Source: Phoronis australis
Lineage: Eukaryota; Animalia; Phoronida
Assembly (NCBI GenBank): GCA_002633005.1
Contig: NMRA01000449.1
Coordinates: 62,001 to 126,000, forward strand
DNA: 64,000 nucleotides
Reading direction: 5' to 3'
Part shown: positions 38,801 to 51,200 of the stretch, piece by piece
Numbering within the stretch: position 1 is the stretch's first letter
How the letters are laid out: every line of letters begins with the position of its first letter
Made by a program: the position numbers and the translations under genes
Notes under the pieces: model-generated
Told to the model about the DNA's origin: nothing
The model's input: only the letters and a program-made list of their open reading frames with translations
Databases searched by the model: none

Positions 38801-40809
38801 GCGCCACCTAGTGACTTGCTGGAGAACTGCGTGTACAAAGATAATCAGGAAAAGAAACAATTTCTAAATAAATTGCGATTTCAAAGAAAACATCACAACT
38901 GATATACTTAAAACAAAAAGATAACATATAAAAAATCCAATAACTTCAAACAGTACGCAATCGATATTTGATAGTGAAATGAACAAATAATAAAATCTGT
39001 GCCTTGTTTCATTAGGGTAACGATGAAATATTACCATACTCATTTACATAAAAGTAGTGTCGCAAAAGGAGACTTGCGCGAGATTGTTATGGTAACTGGT
39101 TTTCTGATCGTGCCCGGCACACCAGAAAACCCGGGCTTGTTTGTAAACTAGTACTTCATTTGTATATTCGCAATTTAATGAGACATAGCATCTTCAACAA
39201 GTAAAAATAAGTTTAAACCATTTTCTTCAATTACAGGTGCGTGATTTCTGTACAAATTAAGAAAGGCTTAACTTTTCTTGGTTCACGCACGTTGCCCGTT
39301 TTCTGAAGAGAGACAAGGTGTTTGGAAAACTTTTTCAATAGGCTCTCGTGAGTTTAACTCAGGTGTTTCGTGCAACGGCCCAACAGTTCCTGTCTAAAAT
39401 ACGACATCCTCAAGTGAACTGATTTCTGAATACCGGGATTATCCGTAGCTAAGACCACCCGATGAAACGCGTTTATTTGGTGTCAAGTGTCCAGATTGTG
39501 AAGCGTTTATTCGGAAAATGTCCTCTTAAAAGCCCACTCAGCGTTAACCTTTTGTCACAAATTCAGTTTTATTGATCATTTATCATTTACAAAAGGTGTT
39601 GGTGCATTCATTAGCGTAAAATTGAAAAACACTTTCAATTAAGTGTCAAAATCAGCAAAACCACGACTGTCCTTACACGCCTCCCTTTTCCGAATAAACG
39701 ACCGGGCGTTCATTTGGTGTTACTAAAGCGCCTGAAAATTTTCATTTTCCGAATACACGCACATGGGCTTATCTACGGAAACTCCCGGTAACCATCATAC
39801 GCGGACTTAACATTAACAAGTTAACTGATCTACTTCATTATTGTGGAGAGTTGACAAAAAGCAAGGAGTATTAGAGTAGCTAAGAAACGTTCTCTGTTTA
39901 GAACTTTACTGAATACACTTCAAGTAAGATTATATAGAACCCTGGCTGGCTCAATTCTGAACGTCATGTCTCAGAAACCTTCTCATACTATACTTTATGC
40001 AGTGTTCTTCAAAAAGTTATAAGCGATTAGTTTTAAATCACCCACTTTTGCGTGTGGGGTTATCAAAATGTGACTTTTATGATATTGATATTAAAAAGTT
40101 GAAAATGATTATAATAATTTAGAAAACTGCTGCAATTCTACAGATTTTCTAGTTTCAGAAACTATGTACAATTTAAGTTAAATTCTATGGTTTCGTAGAG
40201 ATTTTGATAAATGCACAGAGATATCGATACGGTGCATGTCAGGGCGCTAACGCTATGGTATTCTAGAACGATTTTACCATTTTGAAGGCGCTTTTATTGG
40301 TCAAATTGACACACACTGCTTACTGTGATAGGTATTTTGAATCGTTTCAGTCGATTTCTGTCAAAACCAAATTAACAATTCTTCAAACAAGAAGAGTGAC
40401 ACTGTGAACAAGTCGGCGTGTTATGCAAACAATCTGTGTTTGATCTGATAAACCTTTGTGTAAATTTTATTGAATTTCCCTGTCTCTACCACCACTGGTC
40501 AAGTCAAATGGCACATTTTTATGTGGCCAGAGCTGGAACTGGAAGTTGGCGGGCGTTTTGGCATTTGAACGAGTGAGCTCTTTAGGCTTAGGAATTGAGA
40601 TTTCCATCCATCTTATTTCTGTGAAAATCGCCTAAAGATTAACAATGAAATCGTTTACAGTAAGTAAATTATGACAAATTGACCAAAAAAGATTACATGA
40701 AAGGTTTATCTTGATACCGAAAGTAAATTCGAGTATACACTACAAAACACTACAAAAGCAATACTTAAAAAACTGTAAATGTATACCAACCCTTGTTTGC
40801 TTGTAACAT
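20655..40809 (-). CDS. SLC17: SLC17-family (sialin-like) MFS anion transporter, gene A; 11 coding exons, ~535 aa
   Basis: Exons 40791-40809, 39291-39389, 38496-38698, 36748-36996, 33881-34064, 28863-28993, 27675-27818, 25836-25968, 23054-23204, 21428-21518, 20655-20858. All introns are GT-AG with compatible phases (1608 nt). Motifs [46 protein letters not shown]. Confidence 0.92.
21428..21518 (-). CDS. SLC17: SLC17 gene A exon 10
   Basis: [21 protein letters not shown]; AG/GT borders. Confidence 0.93.
23054..23204 (-). CDS. SLC17: SLC17 gene A exon 9
   Basis: LVIPAIF...[12 protein letters not shown]; AG/GT borders. Confidence 0.93.
23340..23580. mobile_element. MITE with CATGCGCGCACCCA TIRs
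   Basis: 14-bp terminal inverted repeat; second copy at 55053-55305. Confidence 0.8.
24050..25500 (-). mobile_element. L1/Tx1-clade LINE ORF2 remnant in a gene A intron
   Basis: VITLIPK, NWRPISL, FLDFKKAYDSLNW, RGLRQG, QYADD, LNIWKTRKLT; multiple frameshifts; contains a 21-bp x3 repeat at ~25150-25220. Confidence 0.88.
25836..25968 (-). CDS. SLC17: SLC17 gene A exon 8
   Basis: NGILSALPF...STTVIRKI; AG/GT borders. Confidence 0.93.
27675..27818 (-). CDS. SLC17: SLC17 gene A exon 7
   Basis: PVPWKAIFTS...[15 protein letters not shown]. Confidence 0.93.
28863..28993 (-). CDS. SLC17: SLC17 gene A exon 6
   Basis: WWFCIYDSPAKHPRI..EREFIE. Confidence 0.93.
29185..29700 (-). mobile_element. DIRS/Ngaro (tyrosine-recombinase retrotransposon) remnant
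   Basis: DKLMKEWDLGRMAGP / ISPLGLLPKADGDCRKIFHL match the DIRS-type RT N-terminus. Segment 29187-29300 recurs at ~9397-9510 and ~14162-14275. Confidence 0.7.
30990..31300 (+). mobile_element. Penelope-like element 3' fragment with inverted terminal segment
   Basis: ILDTEDWFSHGVREAIHERIGSPSLNRHGGLRY resembles the GIY-YIG C-terminus. 30990-31082 is an inverted copy of ~31224-31300. Confidence 0.7.
31300..31912. mobile_element. Partial inverted copy of the Kolobok-like family
   Basis: Reverse complement of window 1-580; terminus GGTGGCATTCTTCT|ttaa. Confidence 0.8.
33881..34064 (-). CDS. SLC17: SLC17 gene A exon 5
   Basis: GVAFPAMNALWGKWAPMFER...GWPSIFYV. Confidence 0.94.
34218..36423 (+). 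mobile_element. Two tandem Helitron/Helentron-like non-autonomous elements with internal degenerate satellite repeats
   Basis: Repeated head TAGAAAGATTATTGTCACGGC.TGACAATAAT (hairpin) at ~34221 and ~35122; internal ATGACCTTTGCAC/TGACC repeats; (AAGAAT)n tails; duplicated 3' end. Confidence 0.6.
36748..36996 (-). CDS. SLC17: SLC17 gene A exon 4
   Basis: [42 protein letters not shown]. Confidence 0.94.
37030..37560 (-). mobile_element. Penelope-like GIY-YIG remnant
   Basis: NAVYRFYCECDQFYVGMNTKRLGQRAKEH. Confidence 0.75.
38496..38698 (-). CDS. SLC17: SLC17 gene A exon 3
   Basis: [22 protein letters not shown] (TM1). Confidence 0.93.
38755..39193. mobile_element. TTAA-type MITE
   Basis: ttaa|AGATGCCATGTCTCATTAAA...TTTAATGAGACATAGCATCT|tcaa. 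Confidence 0.7.
39291..39389 (-). CDS. SLC17: SLC17 gene A exon 2 (cytosolic N-terminus)
   Basis: 99 bp, phase 1-1, open frame; PELNSREPIE aligns with gene [10 protein letters not shown]. Confidence 0.65.
39433..39788. mobile_element. TA-flanked MITE (Tc1/pogo-like)
   Basis: ta|CCGGGATTATCCGTAGCTAAG...CTTATCTACGGAAACTCCCGG|ta. Confidence 0.65.
40791..40809 (-). CDS. SLC17: SLC17 gene A exon 1 (start, MLQANK)
   Basis: 19-nt ATG exon followed by gttggtatac; mirrors gene B 19-nt exon followed by gttagtatac. Confidence 0.65.
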
Positions 40810-42000
40810 GATAGTGTTGCAACAAGAGAAGTAGGTGAAATGAGCCTTTTATCTCAAATTTGAAGTCGTAATCTGTCAATAGTAGTCAAGTAGATCCTAC
40901 TATCGTCTTTATGGTATCTATTAAATTTCCCCCGTGCCATAACTTGGCTTATGGCACACTTCACCTACATTTTCATGTACCAAAAACTGACATCCAAAGA
41001 TTAAGATGCAAGTTTGTATCAAATAGTAAAAGTTCAATTATTCTCCTACTAAAACACATGTGTTTTGAATTCTCATTTGCTCAACCCTAAATTTAACCCT
41101 AACACTAACCCTTACCCCAATTCTAACTCAATGCCATTTTATTGAAAACAGAAGTCCCAAGCTGCTTTCGGGTTTACTTCGGTGGCGTTTTTGGCTATAC
41201 GATATTCAAGTTGGCATAGGTGTACCTATAAATATTTAAATTCAAATATCAAAATTTTGCTCATGGACACAGAGATAAAATATTTTGAAACCTGAAAAAT
41301 GTATTCAAGCTGTTCTCTTATATTAAATATGAAATTTCATATGAATAGACTTGTGTGATCAAACTTATTTCTAATCATAAGCATGTTTCCTCGTTCACAC
41401 TAGGAAAATCTTAATCTTTCCAGTTATTTTGATATCCATTACCAAACAATGTAAAAATCAGCGAATATTTTAAAACAATTCATTAGACCAGTCACAGCCT
41501 GCTGTGCGTCATCAGCTTATTCAGCTCAGGCTTAAGCCGGCTGATGTGAATTGACGCACGGATTTTGAGTTCCTTTGTTTTTTCAGCCTGATCCAGAATA
41601 CTAAAGCATTTTCTGAATGTGCATTCACAATTAGAGTGGCTGGATCTCTGCACGTGGTCATTAAGGGTAGAACTACTGTCAGTACTTAAATGTTTTTTAG
41701 CCCTGGTTTTAGGATGGCGAGTAGATTCACCAATATAGCTGGAACCACAACTCGAGTGACATGATAGCTGCGATCACAACTTTTATGTTTGCCTTTATCA
41801 TCTTGGTTGTGGCTCAAAATTCTCAGTTATTGTTTTTAAAAATATGCCTTTGTGCTGCGGTTGATCTCATCACTTATTGACCGATAAAGAACCAGATGCC
41901 TGAGATGGACACAAGTCTCAAGTGCTAATAGAGTTTGGATTTACGTCCAGTTGCATAGTTTCTAGACTGAATTACATTTTCGTCGATCATCTTTCCTGTT

Positions 42001-42204
42001 TCATTCGGTATCCCGAGCCAGCGGTGCTGACTCCTGAGTGAGATGTTCTCCAAGCTCATAAACATCTTTGACGTCAGCGTCTCTGTTGAGATCCATGGCC
42101 CATGCTTGCTTTTCACCACTCGCGAGAATACAATACATAATGGCGCCAAACACATAAACGGAGCCCCAGATGTAGAACACCGTCTGCCACTCTGACCTTG
42201 AACC
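42001..42204 (-). CDS. SLC17: SLC17 gene B exon 11 (last)
   Basis: [12 protein letters not shown]...ARDTE*. Confidence 0.92.
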   Translation of the reverse strand, partial: GSRSEWQTVFYIWGSVYVFGAIMYCILASGEKQAWAMDLNRDADVKDVYELGEHLTQESAPLARDTE

Positions 42205-45200
42205 CTGGGGATACGATAAAATGATTGGCTAGTATACAGTACTTCGTTCCAAATTCGACATTAACATTTTTAACAAACAAACCTTTGACGATCTTCCAGG
42301 TCAGCCAAAAGCAAATGATGTTCCAAATACATATGTAACAGTCCAGTTGTGGATCGAGGGTTTTTCACGCCCGGGGATAAAAATACAAAATGGTCCCCTT
42401 CGAATGTCGTCCATGACAGAGCTAAACTAAAACTAAATTTCAATTACCAGAAACAAAACGTAAGTTATGAATAGGAATTCCTTGTGTATCAACATTATTT
42501 TGTTATGAAACCTTTAAAGGAGAAAGCCACCTAAAAACAATCTATTTTGTATCAATTTCGATCGAGTAGTTCTACTCGATAACGGCACGTTCGGTTTCGT
42601 TACCTGACACCTGACAGCAGAAGGAGGTGCTGAAATTATCCAGTGACGTCACTGGTTTCACACGCAGTCTGTTCAGCAGTTCACAACACGGATTACTGGT
42701 GTCAACTTATCGCTTGAATTCATCGTTTAACACCAATAAATCATCAAACTTCGATGTAAAACCCTTAAAAATACACCGAGTTCTTATAAAAACGTGTTGT
42801 TTTAGTTCGCTGTTACGGATTTATTGGTATTAGGACACACCGCATAGCCTACAAAGTTGGGCAGGCCAATTTACCAAGGTCGGTAGCATGAGTTTGAGGG
42901 GTCTGTTCGGAGATAAATTTGAAGTGTTCTTCCACGAAAATAAACCAGCTTGAGTTGCAAACTAAACATCCAGTCACGAAAAGACTATAATAGCGAGCCA
43001 AATAAATAATGTGCACGTAATTATTGTGAATTAGCCACGAAACTGAAAAACTACTTAATTGCCGGGGGCCGCGAAGTCGGGTTTCCCTTCCACAGACCGT
43101 CAGGGCAAAGGTTGTACAATAACAATGATTTGAATAATGTATTTTTATTTCTAAATAAACATTCCCCTAACTTGTGACCATAGCATATAAAATCGAGTAA
43201 TTGTTTCACAACAACTTTCTGTCAGCAAACAATGAATTAGCATGCGCTCACACGGCCTCGGTGCCCGGTTAATTACCTTTATTGCCGGCGTCAAAAGCCG
43301 GTAACGCAGTGGTTTATTCATTGCTGGCTTCTCAACATTTGCACTCACGAATACTGGAAAGGCATTACAAATTGTATCTAATGAGACAGACTTTGTTTCA
43401 GTTTGATAGAAGCATTGGTTAGGATGAGAACAATTCATTTTGAAACAGAACGCAGAATAATAAACGTCTACATGGCAACTGGCCCGCCGCCAATCCCGAC
43501 TTAGGCAAGAGCTCATCCGACGAAGACTTCACGGGTCGGATCGTTTGGTTTCACAGGCTATCAGTTCCAACCGGAATACACTGAAATGCTAGAGAGCCGC
43601 CGTGAACACACACAGGCAACGGAACGTATGGATAGTTCTTTGGCAAGCCGGAATTTGTCAGAGAGATCACTGTCGATGAAATGCCGGCCACAGACACGGA
43701 GATGTTTCACGGCCTCATACGTGCTATTGACAGCGTACCTTTCATTCTTCACTACCGCGAGCCACTGCCTGAGCATTTCGAGCTCTCGAGGAAGTCGAAA
43801 AAAACGATATACCCGCTTTCTTCGCAGCTTCATAGTTCGAACAAGCGGGAACGATGCACCGACGAACCACTGACGTCGCTGCGTCGTTTCTCACCTTCCT
43901 CACAAGTTAACGCGACACCTCTCGGCAAGGTGAGGTCGACCGTATAAGAGGCGATGTGGATATAGACCGATTAAGACGGTAAAAAAGACTAATTGAATCG
44001 GGTGGCATTCTCCTTTAAAAGTGCGAACAGAAACTATTATGACATCAGAATGTATGCTGTCAGAGTAAGAAGACAAATCTACAAGTTTTAAAGACTTTTT
44101 AAAAATTTACTGCAACTGGTTTCAGAGACATTATCCTAAAAGAACCAGTGAAATGATAAAAATACTGTTTCAAAGCAAGTTTCTAAAGTTTAGCATGCGT
44201 GACTAATGACGCATTCGTTTAAAGATGAATGCACGCACTCATTTATGGCGAGTGTTGCACAAAATTTAAGTATGGGACTTGTGATTCAAAATAAGTATTC
44301 CCAGACTCACATGAGATGTTAGAGCGTTTACAGCAGAGGGAGCCACCATACCAGGAATTGTGGCCACCGTATTAGTGATGCCAAAGAGAATACCGGCGTA
44401 TCTGGAATGGAAGCACGACAAAGTGATCATCAAAACATGATTTGCATTAACATGCGGATAAGAATGAAATCCTGTGGTCATCATGACTTCCCGACAAAGT
44501 CGCTGCAAAAAGTGATACGAGAAATCTCTGCAAATAGCTCTCAAAGTGTACGCCTATGGTCGCATACCGAATATGAGCCATTGGATCTTCATTGTTTGCA
44601 GACTCAGACCCAGAAGGGACCCATTGGGTACGGAAACCCTGCTTGGTAACACACTGTTGTAATGGAATAATCCCAGTGATCCTCAGAACGTGCGTCTAGA
44701 TCCTGATTCCATGCACCTACCTCCATAATGGCGGGACACGGTGGCACTCTACAACTAGACTGTGATCGCGACTAAGTTGCACTGCTTATAAATTGAGTTC
44801 TTGCGGTAGGCCATATTTGGCGGCAGTTTTGCGGTATGCAATTCAAGTAGATTCCACGAATATGGTTTGCTTGCGTTTGTGAACATGTTGTGAATTGGAA
44901 AAATTCACTCAGTTCGGCTGTAGAATCCATTTTCTACAAAATGGTAGCTCCCTGTAGCATTACAGAGCAGTGACAAAGGAATCCGCTGTGATCTTAGGGT
45001 CTTAAACAATCCAGAATTGCAAAAACTTTGACCACATTTTTTACCACCTTTTTAATCTGTTATACCGAAGAGAATACCGGTGCTTCCAAAATATAGTGTT
45101 AGCTCGTGTCGGGCATTGGCAGGGAAATATTGGCTCTGGGCAGATAAGTTTCAATTTTCGTTTTTTACACCTTTTTCTAAGCCTGGTGTCATTTTCGGTG

Positions 45201-48200
45201 AAAATGGAAAGGCCAAAAATATGAGACGGAGTAAACTTTCAGCAGTCAAGGGTAGCATTTTGAGGTGAAATGACTCACACATTTGTTTGTAGAATTCTCG
45301 ACAGAGTGAAAGGAAGGCGGTAAGTCCAGTGATGTGTGCTCTACCAGAACTGAGAGAACTAGTGAGAACTGTTCAGTGCCTTATCAGCAAAGTTATAATG
45401 AGCGGATATTTTGGGTCACAACAGGTAATAGGCAGTTTGATTGCTTCAAAGCTGCCGTCCAATTAAATTTTTCAATTTTGGGATATTCCCCAAATGATAT
45501 GCAGCATGTTGTTTGGCAGTACTTGCTGAGCTGACTCGTGGTCGAGCCGTTTTCCAGTGACAGATCACGAAGAATAACGTACAAACGACACTGTTTTCAC
45601 GCCTGTATAACCAAGTAGTGTTACTCAAAGAAGAGTGCAGTTTTTCAGGGATAAATTTAGCGTCAGATTCTATATCACTTACCTTTCACCCAGATTGATC
45701 TAAAGCTACATAATTACATAGCTTTCAACCAATGATGTAAATGGTAACTAATGAAATGGTTTATTAGAAAACCAGATGCAGTTTTTGATAGTAGCAACTG
45801 CGTCGCAACTCAAGCATTCCCGAAACCAAGTGTTGGCGTTGATTACACAAATCAGACAAGTATACGTGTCGGTCATATTTGTCACCAAAAACCAAACAAG
45901 TATTAGGTATTCCACCTCGCCTCTCTACAAAATAAAAACAGCTAGCGGAGAACAGAAAAAAGGTTTGGTAAATCGAAAAGTAAAGAACCTCCATCAGAGA
46001 AAACGTGGTTAGCAAAGAACGACTACTACCGCCCATGGCAACAAAATAAATTGTCATTGCATTGTATGAAGGGATTTATATTTAGTGATTTATATTCTAA
46101 CAGTGCACCTGACTGGGGAAATGTGAATGCAGTGTCAAATTTGTTTGTAGTGGACCATGAGACTTGTATGCCTGGTTTGTAATCATCTGCATGCCTGACC
46201 CATGGCTGATCATACTAAGATAATTTGTTTGTATTGGTTTATTGTTGATATTTGTATTTGTACCTTTTGTAATTAAAACCGTTCTAAAATATTAATATTT
46301 TGCTTTTACTATAAAATTAGCACCTAGAAATTACTTTTAGCACAATATACGCGTGGGATAAAACACCCATATGTTGGCGCTTTCCTATTCTCGGTCAAAA
46401 CGCCAGTTTTCAAAGGTATTTTCAAAACTACCTGTACTACGAAGATGGACTACCACCTCCTCTGAATTGGCAGACGATTATCATGGGTCAGCCTGCGTTT
46501 CTAGTTAAGTTTAAAAGTTCATAAAGGCATAGCTTGGAAATTAGGAAGGATAGTTCTTGGCTAGGCGAGTTACACCACTTTACAATACCTTGGAAAAATG
46601 TTGAGATTCCTAGATTACAAACACGTCTTAGGTTCCAATCTCTGGTCTTCATATTTAAAATATGTCTGTTAACATTATGGACAACAGATATACAAACCTT
46701 GGAGCTATGTCGACGTGGTTCACCCCGTACCCAGACCGCGATAGCGAGGTAAGCGCGACCCCTGTTGTTAGTAAAGCAACCGCTGCTTCTCTGGTGTGAC
46801 ACGTGGTAGCACTGGTTGCTACCATGAAAATGGCGGGTATAACCAGGGCTGGAAAAATACCAAAGCATACATTTGTGGTGTAAAACGTTAGGAAAGTTTG
46901 GGAAACAGAGTACGAGCACATGTACACTTTTGGAGTTCCCAACCTTAATATAAGCAACGCAGCATTTATAAAACTTTTAATAGGGTTCAAAACGCATTCA
47001 GTCCATTCACATACAATGTAGCGAGAAATGCATGCAAATAAGGCGCTAGCAGCTGACACCGCTTCCCCGTAAACATTAATACATAATTAGATGCTTGTTG
47101 TCATGTTGGCCAGCGTTCATTTTCCATTACCAGAAACACCTCATTTCAAAGATTTGATCTAGTTGTCAGAGAATGACGTCACGGGACTAGTCTCTGCAAA
47201 AATAGTTCCCGTCAATTAGGATAATAAAATACTTGGGAGTCGAATTAAGGAATTCTTTTAAAACTTAAAAAATGGCATACTGTACGTCTGCCTGGAAATC
47301 GAACTGGTAATGTACCTTGTAAACATCCAGGCAAATAAATGCTTGTAACAAGATACTTAATTTCCATTTTCACGAATGTTTCCATAGTAACTCTGTTGAA
47401 GCATACCCATGCTTCCAAAGCATAACATGATACAAGTTTAACTGACTTGCGCCAGGTTTAAGCTGCCTCGTGAGAGATATCTTTCAAATCAATGTGATAA
47501 TAACAGGTTTTCTTTTTTTCCCTGGACAGATCTTAGTACTAATTTCCGTACCTAAACTTTGGACTATTTTCCGAACAACTGTCGTTGAAAGTGGGGTCTT
47601 TGCTCGAACAAGATCGACAATGTTGGAAAATAAGAGATTGGCGAGAAACATCCACACAAATGGAAGGGAGGAGAGGATTCCGTTCTGAAATAACAAGTCA
47701 AAAGCTATGCTACCGTACGTGAAAAATATAGGTAAAAAATAAGTCACTAGGGCCGGTGTCTTTCTGGGATCCGTTGAGGTGAGGCGGTTTTGCTTTAGTT
47801 CGAAAAAAATCATCTTATATGAGCCGAAGTAGTCCTAGATTTTTCCCTGCTTCAACATTCCAGTGACGTGTTTGGCTGTAAACCAAGCGACCGCAGGGAG
47901 GAAGAGCACTAGGCGTCGACCAAGGCAGAGCTCTAGTAACCATCGACTCAAAAAACCGCATCAGTTTCCCTTGGAAACTTGTACTGTTGCTGTTAAGTTA
48001 CCAAGGTGCTTTGTCCAAAAATTACATTTATAGATACATTAGATTATTTGGCTTTCGAAAATGAAGCGCTAAAAGTGACGCAGACATGCACCTCCTTCTT
48101 TACAAAGTGAGGCACCTGTTTCAAAAGGAGTGAGGCGCTGACATGAACCAATTGTATTGTTTTTGACTTTACATATTACGCGTAATTAAACATGCGCACT

Positions 48201-51200
48201 TAGTTTGGTTAAGCTTCAACTTTTAAACGTTAAACACTTAAAGGAATATTCGCAATTTTTACACTTCGGTCATCTTTCCGCCACCATTTTTCGAAGCAAT
48301 GTGAATACCAGGGCAGAGTTCAGTAGCACTAGGACCCCGCTAAACGGCAAGGCGTCGCAAGATTACGTGAGATATCGCCGTGTATTTTAAATGAGAACAC
48401 GTGATTTTGGCTAGATATAAGCGAGGTCCTAGCGTAGGGCTTAGCGTTAGAGGACTCTACCCAAGGCATTGTCAAAACGACGGTGACTGGATTAGTCTGA
48501 TGCTTTGCTGTGTAGAAGAGTGTAAACATTTCAGTGTAAACTCGAAACAATTGAGTCACGTGCCACAAAAGACAAAAATAGACGAAAATGGTTGAACAGT
48601 CTCAGGAGAGTTCCCAAAAGACATTCAAATAAGTCACAGCATTTTGTGCAGATATTCTTTTGGCTAAAACTCCAATGATTCGATATAGTACTCTAAGAAT
48701 CCCGGGTGGATGGTGTCTGACTGGCGTTGTTTGGATTGCTTCCTGTACGTTTAGAATCCGATGTCTGTAATTTACCAGCAAACACATGTCTATAGGACAT
48801 CTCGAATGGCAGTTAAAGCAATGTGACTTTGACAATTTAGCCAAGGCGAAGCGTAATTTGCCAAACATATTTATAAAGCATTAGCGTGAACGCATTAGTT
48901 TTGGGGGAATTCCCGACAACAAGAGGTGATCAGTTGATATAATTTGCAAACCGTAGGGGAAATCCATGAACACCAAAAGCCATTGTACAACATCAAATCT
49001 AAAACTTTTAAGCCTATTAAAGTTTACGATATGACAACTGCTCTAATTATTTTTTATAACGGAGTAAATAAATCGAAGTAACTTTGACTGATTATTTCCC
49101 CTTCTCATAATTTCACTCGTTCAAACGGCAGCAGTATAGAATATGGACACTGATAGACATCAAGAACGGACGCTAAAAGGGTCGAAAATAAGGCCCCAAA
49201 GGTGTTTTGGCTATATTATAGAGTAATAAATAAGGAACACGTGGTTTATACATAGTCATGTGTGGTATAGTTACTTCAGAAGTTAAGGATGACCCAATAT
49301 GAGAACAATTTTGAATATATTCGTTCATATCTGACAGTTGACAATAATCGATTAAGTAAGCTAGCGATCGTGTTTGTTTTGATAAAACCAATATGAACCC
49401 CCAGTGTGCCATTTCATGAAAACTGACTTTGGACTCAAGACTTAAGAACAAAAATTTGTCTAAGTTCAGACCGACATTGGAATTCACAAAGTTAAGAAGG
49501 GCACTTTGTGCAATACGGTTTCAAGAATATTATCGGCCTTGGAACTCTAAACGGGGCTTTTTTACATTTTGGATACAATTGGGATCTCGTTTGCTTGAGA
49601 AAACCCTTCTATAACAGTAAAACGTGATTTTGCATGTGCCGGAAAGTCGCACTGCATTGTCTCTAAGGTCTTTTCCGGTTCTCAAATCGAAAGCAGGCGA
49701 CCTGCAATTTGCCATTGTTTAGGAACATTAAATATCAACGAAATTTGTTCTCCAACAGTTTATAGTGATAACGGTCTTACACGTTGTGTGATTTAGGCTA
49801 ACGTTTGGTCTCTCTTAGAGCGAATTCCGTCTTACTTTTGGTCTTAAGAAATTTCACGAAACGGGGCTAAGACATTTTGGTGTTAGGTTAGCCCTATCTC
49901 GGTCTACGTTAAGACAGAAAGGGGCCCCTGATAAAACAAGAGGCCGACAAATTAATCCTCCACAGACAAACCACTTTAGTAGTTATTTTCTCAAACAAAT
50001 TCCAAAAAGCTACCCACGCCGGCCCTCAAGCAAAAGCGGAGCTTACCGTCAGCGTCGTGGACATACGAGTCTCATAAAAACCAATGCCTTTTTGTAGTGA
50101 TTGCTTGGTGTGTAGGTGCTTTGGGGACACATTTCTTCCACAGAGGACAAAGCTCTTGTTAGGTAGTCATGTACAAAAAGGGACAGAATGGGCAGATTTG
50201 TGGAAGATGTCTCCCTGAAAGCAAAGTTCCCTATTAGATCACAGAAACCTTGCTTCTTGGGTCTTTACTGACGATCCGAGCTGTATCCAGTGTGGACGCA
50301 GCATATCCTATCATCTTGCAACGCATCTTTGGCATCGACACACCTACCAACACAACCAGATAGGGTTTTCGCTAGGGTAATGGTTTAAGAAATTAAGAAC
50401 ACACTAAAGCCAAAGACCCACCGTATCGAATTCATAAGTTTTAGAAGAAGTGGAGCAGAGGCGAGCAAAATGAAGAAACCATCGCAGAAAGCCATCCTTG
50501 CACACGGCCAACACCTACAAAGACTGGAAAGGGGTCGCTGACCTTGTCAGTCACCTACTGGATGGCACTGTTACATGCCTACAACCTATAGTGCATGGCA
50601 ACAAATGGAAACGTCTGTCCGTTTTCCTGAAGGAGACTGGCAGACTTGAAAAATTTCTTCACGAAGAGCCATAATTGGGCTCTCGTGCTTTTGCTCAGGT
50701 GTTTTGTGCAATGGGCCCAACCATGAGGGCTGCGCACGTCTAATGCACCACAATGACATCAGGCCACCTGCACTCTTTTTTGTCGGTCACCAGTCATCCT
50801 TCCCAAAACAAATTGTTTAGACTACACAGCGCCCTGATTTGGTAGATTAATCGGACAGTTCCCACCAGGTCACCGTTATATGGGAGAGTAGGGTGGAAGA
50901 GGCGCATGAACGAAAGAACTTGAAGTATGTAGACCTGAACGACTGCAACGCGAAGGGCTGGAGATGTTGGTATTTTTTCAGTGAAAGTTGGCTGCCGGAG
51001 TTTGCCGGCCGGATCAGTGACCACCATGTTGAAGTATCTCGCCGTCTCCACTTCAAGAAAGGCTTTCCTACGCGACGAGGCCACCGAAGTTGAACAAGCA
51101 TCTTGTTGAATTTGGACGGAGCACCAGCATCAATACCATCAACAACCTTCAGACAGAGTCTGATGAACTCTGGTGTCCTGTTGGTTGAGGGATAGAACCA

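Noticed and set aside
41085-41130. Telomere-like CCCTAA repeats
   Set aside because: Few and degenerate; common in invertebrate repeats.
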